20,006 nt of DNA from Spirogloea muscicola. Taxonomy: Eukaryota. The stretch spans positions 161,542-181,547 of the forward strand of contig WELB01000004.1 in the NCBI GenBank assembly GCA_009602725.1, given 5' to 3'. How positions within the stretch are numbered: position 1 is the first letter of the stretch; each line of letters opens with the position of its first letter. The position numbers were made by a program, and so were the translations under genes. This document shows, piece after piece, positions 1-8,447 of the stretch. The notes under the pieces are model-generated. The model made no database searches. It was not told the DNA's origin and saw nothing but the letters and a program-made list of their open reading frames with translations.

Positions 1-3000
1 TCAGTAAGAGCGAGCGATCCAGCCTCTCCTTCCAAGACTCCAGTTAGCCTCTCCAGGGTATCCGCAGGAGCCAGATTGATTTCATCCAGCAGCAGCCATC
101 TTCCCATCGCCAAAGCCTTCACACAGAACGGAGACGATTGTGATCGGCCCCATCCTTTACTTGTCTAGATTTGGCAAGTCAGAAATCAAACAATAACCAC
201 CTAAGTCAACAAGAAAAATATGTCACAGAGCCAGCCCAGGGGTTGTGATGAACGCCCCTGTCCTGCTAGCAAGCAGACAGAGTAAGTGAAAGCTGGGCTA
301 TGCATGTGCACCTTAACGAGAGCTCCCTCAACAAAGGAGAACGCAAACGCATTCTCTGAGGCTTCCACTTGCCGCTTGACTCTATCCAGGTCCTTCCTGA
401 AGTCTCGCCAGTCTTTTACTGTCTGCCAGATTTGAGAGGAGAAGTTCACAATATCAGAGCCTCAAAAGGAATAAGAACGACTCACGAATGCAGATGGTCC
501 TGTGCAAGGACAAGGATGTAGCTTAAGCATGACCTGGCACCACTAAGTAGCGCATACCGCGTCGTCAAGCTGCTTCCTCTTCTTTCTCTGGCGGGGACCT
601 TCTTGCATCCCCTGTTCTTGCTGAAGAAGACTGCCTTTGCTATCCTTGAGCAGACCGGATACTTTCTCCATAGCTAAATCAAAGGCCTTGAGCAGATGTG
701 CCCATCTGCTCTTCTCGGCAAACTTTTGCAGTCGGGCAAGGAAGTCATGATTGTGCTGCAGCAACTCAGAGAAGGTGATATTAGAGTAATCCATGTACAT
801 GTCACTGCAGCTGAAGACATAGGAATATATTAAGCTGGCCATGACATTAACTCACACTAACAATTGAGAGCAAGATGGACTTCGAGCTGGCAGCCCCATT
901 TCAATGCAGGTACCTGGTAGGAGAAAGTGCGTCGGAACAATCTATTGAAGGTATCTAGGAGGGGGCCGCAAAGGGCCTGGCTCTCAATGGGCTTGAAGCC
1001 GCCAAGAAGATCAGCGCTGTCGCTCTGCTGGCTCATATTCTGCAGCTCAGACAGCCAGACTTGGCGAGAATCAGCAACGTGTGAGACCAACGGGTGAGAG
1101 AAACGCGTTTGCATTGCTGTTGAAGAGTCATGTCTACAAGCTCTCACTGCCCTGCACAACAATAGTTTCTAGAAACAAAGCTTGTATGTCCTAGACACAG
1201 AGGCTGTCTTAGAGGGGTCTCGGCTTATGGGATTGGGCCTGCTCACCACAATGGTGAGAGGAACATTGGCCTGACGAGCGAGCCACTGCACGGCCGCTGT
1301 CTTCCCTGTGCCCGTCTCCCCAACCAGCAGGACAGGCTCAAGGGACCTGGTTGCCACTGCGATTTTCTCCAGCAGCCGGGCTACGTGGCCGGTTGCAGCA
1401 AACAATGGCCTGCCAGTCCCTTGATGCGTGCCCATGCCCTGGCTCAGGAGATTCCACGCAAAACTGGATGAGCCCACATGGGATGCTAACATAATTGCAC
1501 GGAGCAACAGCCACAGAAGAGCAAGGAAAAGGTGACGAACGTGACAGCAGACAGTCACACCTCTTGACGCCGGACAGGAAGACTTGCACGACCAATGTGC
1601 GCTTCCCGGGTATTTATCTGCATTAAGAAGACGCAGAGCACTGAGCCTACTGTGACCAAAGCATGCCGCTGCTTCAGCAATGCCAATAAGTCAAGAGCTG
1701 GTGAAAGGAAATCCACACATGATATACTTTCACAGCAGAAACCAGGCACCACCCTCCAGCATACCACTGATTACAATGTGTGCTTAAGCCTTGAGTTCAG
1801 AGCATCAGGCCAAGCAAATACTTGAAGAGTGGGCTTGTGAAGCGCCAGGAAGTATCTGACACGGTCAACAGACACTCCCCACAGGCTGCCAATGGTGCCC
1901 GCCATGTGCTGCCAGTACACAGGGCGCGCAACGGAGCCCACAAAGCAATCCAGGGCCTGCAGAACAACACCTACTTGCTCTATCAGGATCACAAGAGCCG
2001 TACCAAGCTAATGAGATAGTGAACATCACTACTGAGCTTTTGACCCCAGCTACAATATCCTTAAAACGGCGTTCCGTCCATGTGGCCTTCCATTGTGAGT
2101 AACTAGCACCTACATGCACCAGAGTGAGAGGCAAAGCATCCTATCAATCTGAGGCAAAGTCTCCGATCACTCAAGTATGTATCTGACTGTGCACCTCTAA
2201 GAAGACAAGCTCGCGAGCGTGGTCGGAGAGCACTGGGCCGGTAAAAAGGGAGGCTCCAAGCGCTGCCAACCGCTTGCACAACTTGAGCAGGTCTCTGCGG
2301 CAGCCAAGGCAGTGAGAGCGTCAACAGACAGCACACTCACAATAATGACCTGACTTAACTTCACAATCTGATGTTGGCGGATGCAACTGACGAGCCACGG
2401 AGGTTGACGTAGACTTGGTGTCTATGTTAGTGATCTCGTGTTAACAAAGTAAGGATCAGGCAGACCCAAGCACTATATCCTTGGCACTAGCGTCTTGCCC
2501 GCAGCTTGCAGGGGCTAGAGGACATAAGTACTGCAGGAAGTCCTTGCTCTGGCCCGTCTGGAAAAGGCATGAGTCACTATTTCTTCGCGATAGACTCAAA
2601 TACTTACACAGGCTTTGCTGGGCTAAGGGCTGCATATGACCTGGTGGAAAATTGGCGGGTCACTAAGACTGCATCAGTGCCTGCTGCCACAGTCTCAGTG
2701 GAGACAGCTTGACGGGCTTCAGCAGTGAACCTCTTCATTGCTCTCAATGTCTCTGCATTATTGACGTGCAAACCCCACAGCTCAGCAATTGAGAACCAGG
2801 ATGCTATCCATTGACAATCAGTATAGCAAAGATGGTTTTGGAGAGGTCGTAACTAACCATGAGACATAAATGGCAAAGATCGGAAGGTGATAGAACGTAT
2901 GGGCTACTACACTGCTCAAATTGTGATCACATTTCAGCGCTTGTTGCAAGCTGGGCTGACCAGCTCAACAAACACTTCAACCTGCTGTGATCACTTGCCA

Positions 3001-6000
3001 CAGAGAGCGGCAGCACTCAGCCACGAAGTACAGCCCGCAGCTCACCAATCAATTTGCTAGCAATGGGCGCAAGCGTCGGGAATTTGCTCTCAACAATCTG
3101 ATGCAGCTCGTTATCGGCAGCCGGATGAATGGTCACTTGGGTCCACAATCCCCTCAGGACGTCGCTGCCTGCTTGGAAGAGAATGTAGGTGTTACTGAGG
3201 TCGTATCAGAGCTGGATTTCAATTAGACTCCACATTGCTTCCCGAGCCCTGTAAACTATTCTGCCTGTGCCCGACTGCCGCACCTGCCAGCACTCGACCA
3301 CCGGCTCCGCTTGTCACTGTTGCAAACATCTGGAACGCGGGATGCGCCTCTACGACCTGCAGCCGTCAACACCTGGTCAGTGATCAGTAGTCAACCTGGG
3401 AACTGGAAATTGAGGCCAGGGATGAAAGACTCGCATATTGCAACAGAGCACCCAGATCCTCACGCAAAACTACGGTGCAGAAGTAATCTGTTCCCTTGAA
3501 ATCCCAGTATGCCAAATACAAAGTTGGAGAAGAAGCAAGCACCGATGCCTCAACTTCCCCTGACAATGATAGCAAGTGAATTTGCTTGCTAGATCCAGTA
3601 GATATTCAGCGTCTCTTCTCAATAAGAGAGGCATCTAACATTTGAATGTCAAAGTTATTGGATGCCAGAGTTGCCACTGAGGCGAGACATGCAACCAGCT
3701 TGAGATTGACGGCACGCGTGCACCTCTCCGCGGCCCGGGATGTACAGCCGGCGATCTTCGAGGAGGGGGATGAGTGCTGACAGCACTTCAGAAGGCGCCA
3801 TGTCTACGTCTTCGAAGACTACCCACAGGCCCTGGTTAACAGCCTGCGCAAGCATGGCAGCGAGCACCGATTCACAGCATTACACCGCTGCTCAGAGCTG
3901 AACAGGTTGACATCATAAGTACCGGTTTAGAAGATCCAGGGGATGTAAGGGGTCAGGCGAGGACCTGGGTGAGCGCGCCAGGCTGCCAGCGGAACTCGCC
4001 GGGGGTGTCAGTGCAGACGTACGTGCCCAGGAGCGTCTTGCTGTCCATTTGGTCGTCCAGGTGGACCTTCACCACATCTGTGTGTAAATACAACGAGCGG
4101 ACAATGTCACCATCTGCCATCCAGTCACAAGAGTGGGCTCGAAGCTGCCGACAGCGTGCCAGTGAACCTCCCAGATGTGGGATACATCTTAAACGAGCTG
4201 GTCTCACGGACTTCAACTTCAAGAGCTTATAAATTCAGGATCTAAAGTGTCTCAAGACTAGGCAAGTCGGTTGCGCACCGAAGTTGTCTGTGAGGCGAGC
4301 GACCTCGTCAATCAGCGCCGACTTGCCAACACCAGAGGGGCCCTCGAGCAGCACTGGCCGCCGGCGGCAGAGCGCGATGGCGATCGCCTCCAGGTTGTTC
4401 GATGTTGTCGTGGTCAGCACCATGCTATCACCGTGAGGCACCGCAGCCGGGGCTGCCAGTGCAGCTCCCGCTTTGCCACTGCTAGGCAAGGCCTCCGGCG
4501 TCCACAGCATCTCATCAGAATTTGAAGCAAGGGCTACATGAAATAATAGAGTAGTAACAGATGTAGGATGTGGAATGAACTTGTATATCTAAGTTAATAG
4601 CTGATTTCTCAACTCAGAAGCACTAGAACATTGTTCTGATGAATAAACTCCATCTAGGCTTTCGTTCACCCACTTCAAAGGTAGTCATCAGGCGATGCAC
4701 AAGGCTGCACCTGGCCATGGAGCGCCGCGGCAGCTGGACGCCGCACACGGACACGTAGAGGCCTCCCCTCCTTGGCGCCGGGCCTGACGTTGAGGCTTCC
4801 GTTCCCCGCCTCGACAGCGGGTCGAGGTGGGGTTCAAGGAAGAACCGTGCCCGCTCCGCCGCCAGCTGCCTCTCCAGCTCCTGCCACCTGCACCACGAAA
4901 ATGCATAACATATTAGCATATATTATGCATGGAAATTGTATTTAGCACAAGTCATGCAATCCTCTCTTCATGCAGATTGGCAGATCACCTTGCACCTGCC
5001 CGTCTCGCTACAGTGACACCCTTCTGCTGCTACTCGTTCTGCCGACGCGGCTCTCACCAGAGGATGCAGGCGAGCTCCTCGCGGCGCGGCAGCCCTGCAG
5101 TGTGGCGGAAGAGGCGGCGCCGGGGGCCATCGCCCATGCGGAGGACCAGCGCCAGGGCCTGGCCCGCCAGCCACCGCACCTGGCTCCCGCCGGCCCCTTC
5201 GTCGCCCGCCTCCCATATCCCCATGGCCGCCACTGAGTTCTCCGAGGTCGGCGCTGCCGCCGCCGCTGGCTGCGGGAGGAGGAGGCTAGCCAGCGGCGAC
5301 CAGTCCCACAGCGGCCCGAAGATGGCTGCCTCCGCCGTGAGCAGCCGGTACGAGGCCGCGAGGATGTCCACCACCGAAAGCTCCTGCCATCCCACCAAGG
5401 GCATGTTATAAGTGAGGGTTAGGGTTTAGGTTTAAGGTAAACCCTAGACCAAGCTCGTGATTGAAAGCAATTGCAGTGTCCCAGCGAGACGCATAATCGG
5501 AGCTCACCGGTGCCGCGCTGAAAGGCAGAGCGCCGGACGCGCGTGGCAGCAGGCGGGCAAAAGGCGGCGGGGCAAAGGAGAAGTACTCCTGCACAAGCCT
5601 GCGCGCCGACGGCAGCTCGTCACAGCGCAAAGTCAGGGTGCCAGACCCCAATTGGCAAGCTCGGGGGATTATGACGGCTTTCGCGAGGTCACTGGCCACA
5701 ATGGTGCGCAGCCATTGTGGAGCAAGGAATGGACTGTGTAGTGAGGGATGGAGGGCCTGAGTGGCCAAGTACAAAGGCAAGCACGTTTGAAAGCTGTACA
5801 TCACCTGCTGCTAAGCTGACCCGCTTAGTAACCACGAGTCAGCACATGGGGGTCGCCAACCGATGCCCGAACATTGGACAACGATTGACAAGCCCTTGTG
5901 CCACCAAAGCGAGGGAGCGGACTAAATAACGAGAAGAGGAGACGGCTTGGTAACGGAGCTCTGGTGGCTGCTTACGGCAGGAGGTGCGGAAAGAGCTGCA

Positions 6001-6117
6001 GCAAGACGCCGAGGGCCACGGCGGTGCGCTCGTGCGCGGCATCGCCAGCGCCGCAGCGGGCGTCGCCGACGACGCGCTCGACGAGGCGCAGCAGCGCCGG
6101 GCGCAGGCAGCCGGCGG
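1..6117 (-). CDS. MDN1: Midasin (MDN1/Rea1) AAA+ ATPase for 60S ribosome biogenesis; N-terminal part only, partial at both ends
   Basis: Exons in transcription order, phase-consistent GT-AG: 5976-6117 (extends into gap), 5508-5598, 5058-5383, 4711-4887, 4279-4481 (acceptor uncertain), 3965-4077, 3724-3843, 3284-3356, 3046-3168, 2641-2752, 2195-2294, 1822-1956, 1561-1617, 1247-1438, 914-1039, 558-755, 312-422, 1-116. Motifs: N-terminal YFSFAPPPFARL; AAA1 PVLLEGPSGVGKS, HLDDQMDSKTLLGTYVCTDTPGEFRWQPGALTQAV, WVVFEDVD, FSTRDLLK; AAA2 EPVLLVGETGTGKT, NMSQQSDSADLLGGFKP, FAFSFVEGALVKA, WLLLDEINLA. These are characteristic midasin segments. Confidence 0.96.
5412..5446. repeat. Short interstitial telomere-like (TTTAGGG/CCCTAAA, telo-box) repeats in an MDN1 intron
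   Basis: GTGAGGGTTAGGGTTTAGGTTTAAGGTAAACCCTA inside intron 5384-5507. Contains TAGGGTTTA (5420-5428) and its exact reverse complement TAAACCCTA (5438-5446). Confidence 0.75.
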
Positions 6118-6547
6118 NNNNNNNNNNNNNNNNNNNNNNNNNNNNNNNNNNNNNNNNNNNNNNNNNNNNNNNNNNNNNNNNNNNNNNNNNNNNNNNNNNN
6201 NNNNNNNNNNNNNNNNNNNNNNNNNNNNNNNNNNNNNNNNNNNNNNNNNNNNNNNNNNNNNNNNNNNNNNNNNNNNNNNNNNNNNNNNNNNNNNNNNNNN
6301 NNNNNNNNNNNNNNNNNNNNNNNNNNNNNNNNNNNNNNNNNNNNNNNNNNNNNNNNNNNNNNNNNNNNNNNNNNNNNNNNNNNNNNNNNNNNNNNNNNNN
6401 NNNNNNNNNNNNNNNNNNNNNNNNNNNNNNNNNNNNNNNNNNNNNNNNNNNNNNNNNNNNNNNNNNNNNNNNNNNNNNNNNNNNNNNNNNNNNNNNNNNN
6501 NNNNNNNNNNNNNNNNNNNNNNNNNNNNNNNNNNNNNNNNNNNNNNN
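6118..6547. other. Assembly gap (430 N) likely hiding the start codons and shared promoter of MDN1 and leuD
   Basis: Run of N flanked by very GC-rich coding sequence of two divergent genes, each lacking its start codon. Confidence 0.95.
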
Positions 6548-8141
6548 GCTCCCAGGCGCGCCTGGTGCTGCGCCGCCGCTGCCACCGCCGGCGGCGAGCC
6601 GCAGGTAGACGACGGGGCCCGCTCGCCGCCCGCCTGCCTGCGCGGCCTCCGGGCCAGCCCGAAGCCCTGAACTCTAAACCTCTGAACCCTGAATCTGAAA
6701 CCTGACCTTAAACCCTGACCCTCAGCCGCAGGCCACGGGGCGCGTGATCCGCGGGCGCTGCTTCGTGGTGGGCGACAACGTGGACACGGACCAGATCATC
6801 CCCGCCGAGTACCTCACGCTCGTGCCCAGCCGCCCCGACGAGTACCAGAAGCTCGGCTCCTACGCCATGTGCGGCCTGCCCGCCCACCTCGGCCCGTACA
6901 TCCAGGTTAAGCCCTCCTCCCTCTGGGCAAGCTCTGGTTGTTTGCAGGGGCGCTTGCAGCCTGCAGTGGCCTTGGTTGGGGCTCGGTGAGCGGCCTCTAC
7001 GTGCTGACCTGCGGGTACTTTCCAAGTGGGTGTAGCAGCAGGCGGCCTGCACTTGTAGACGTGCCTGCCTTTTGACTTAGCCCCTCCGTCTTTCAAGACA
7101 CGCTGTATTCCCTTGCACACTCTCTCCACACACCACCGGTTCCCCCCTTCCCTATATCTACATCAACTCTGGATTTCCTCGTCTTATTCCTGCTCTCTTT
7201 CCCCATTCTCCCTTTTGGTTTCTAAAGTGTCATCCCCCTTACTTTCTATTTGTCTCCCTTGAAGTCTTGCAACTCACCTCTCCGCCCTATACCCTCTCTG
7301 TCTTACCCCCCCCCCCACCCTTTCACTTTCTTCCCTTTCCCCCACCTTCGAGTATGCCTTTACCCCCCTTGGGCCTCCCTCGCGTCCATACCCTTCGTTC
7401 TCTTTCTCGCGCTTGCCTTTGCTTACCTTCTCCCCTGGTCGGCTCATCCACTCACACCCTCTTTTTATTCACATACTTGGAGGTTGTGCTGCCCACCATG
7501 ATTTCTTGATGCTACGTTGCTCGAGACTGATGATGCTGCGCCAATCCTCGTCATGGAGTAGGAGGGCAAGACCAAGACAGACTATGCCATCATGGTGGGT
7601 GGCGCCAACTTTGGCTGCGGGTCGTCGCGGGAGCACGCGCCAGTGGCCATGGGCGCAGCGGGCTGCCGCACAGTCGTTGCCCAGTCCTTCGCTCGCATCT
7701 TCTTTCGCAACTGCGTTGCAACGGGCGAGCTCTACCCAGTCGAAATTGACGCCCGCCTCTGTGACATGGTCAAGGTGCCTCTCATCACTTGTCTCCCCTC
7801 CACAACAAATGCAGTGGCTCTTGCTGTCAACAATGTCAAATTCAGCCATGTTAATTAGGCCATTTTGAAGTTCAATCCTACTGCCTAACCTGCACTCTTT
7901 ACGCCACGAATTAACAAGTGTCTAATTCGGCACTACTGACTCAGCATCTGTACACCTGATTGGAGCCGGTGGTCAGACGGGTGACGAGGTCACGGTGGAC
8001 CTTGAGAACGATGTGTTGATACATCACACATCAGGCGAGCAGCACAGCCTGCGACCCATCGGCGAGGCCGGGCCAGTCATAGACGCAGGTGGCATCTTCA
8101 ATTATGCGCGCCAGACTGGCATGATTGCTGCTGCAAAGTAG
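6548..8141 (+). CDS. leuD: 3-isopropylmalate dehydratase small subunit (IPMI SSU, leucine biosynthesis), probably plastid-targeted; 5' partial
   Basis: Exons 6548-6604 ([19 protein letters not shown], transit-peptide-like), 6732-6905 ([26 protein letters not shown]), 7562-7774 ([30 protein letters not shown]), 7977-8141 (TGDEVTVD...[20 protein letters not shown] at 8139-8141). All three introns are phase 0 GT-AG. DTDQII and [11 protein letters not shown] are LeuD/aconitase swivel signatures. Confidence 0.96.
6665..6723 (+). repeat. Degenerate telomere-like CCCT(A/G)AA tandem array in leuD intron 6605-6731
   Basis: CCCTGAACTCTAAACCTCTGAACCCTGAATCTGAAACCTGACCTTAAACCCTGACCCTC: about 8-9 imperfect 6-8 nt units ending immediately before the 3' splice site. 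Confidence 0.75.
7118..7470 (+). repeat. Low-complexity polypyrimidine (C/T-rich) tract in leuD intron 6906-7561
   Basis: About 350 nt dominated by runs of C and T (e.g. the C run near 7306-7316), with no fixed period. Confidence 0.75.
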
Positions 8142-8179
8142 TGACATTGTACCAAAGAATGACCCTCACGTCCACGTCC

Positions 8180-8185
8180 AATAAA
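8180..8185 (+). promoter_or_regulatory. Putative polyadenylation signal of leuD
   Basis: AATAAA starting 39 nt after the TAG stop. Confidence 0.5.
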
Positions 8186-8447
8186 GCCATCGCAGACTTG
8201 CACCTAAGCACGCTTTGGAGCCTTACGAACAGCATATGGGTCAAGTTGTAGCAAGGACGTGTTTCATGAGAAGCAGCCACTGCATTTGTGGCCATGCTTT
8301 GTAACATCTTGAGCCAATGGCTGCTTCCGAGCAGATTTTTGAGCAGAAGCTTGGCTTGGCAAAGATGGCAGAGGGACTTCGGCAGTGCTTCATAGCGGTC
8401 AGCTCATGGAAATATGAGCCACTAGTGCATAAGTACAACCCGCATGC

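Noticed and set aside
2055..2482. ATATCCTT (AT-AC U12 donor consensus) at 2055-2062 and 2475-2482
   Set aside because: Both are on the plus strand, antisense within MDN1 introns, with no plus-strand gene to use them.
4929..5411. 160-aa plus-strand ORF and similar antisense ORFs over GC-rich exons
   Set aside because: Shadow ORFs of GC-rich MDN1, VPS35 and POLD3 exons; no independent coding signal.
5839..6705. Long ORFs (228-252 aa) in the ORF track
   Set aside because: Artefacts of reading through the N gap; the flanks belong to two different divergent genes.
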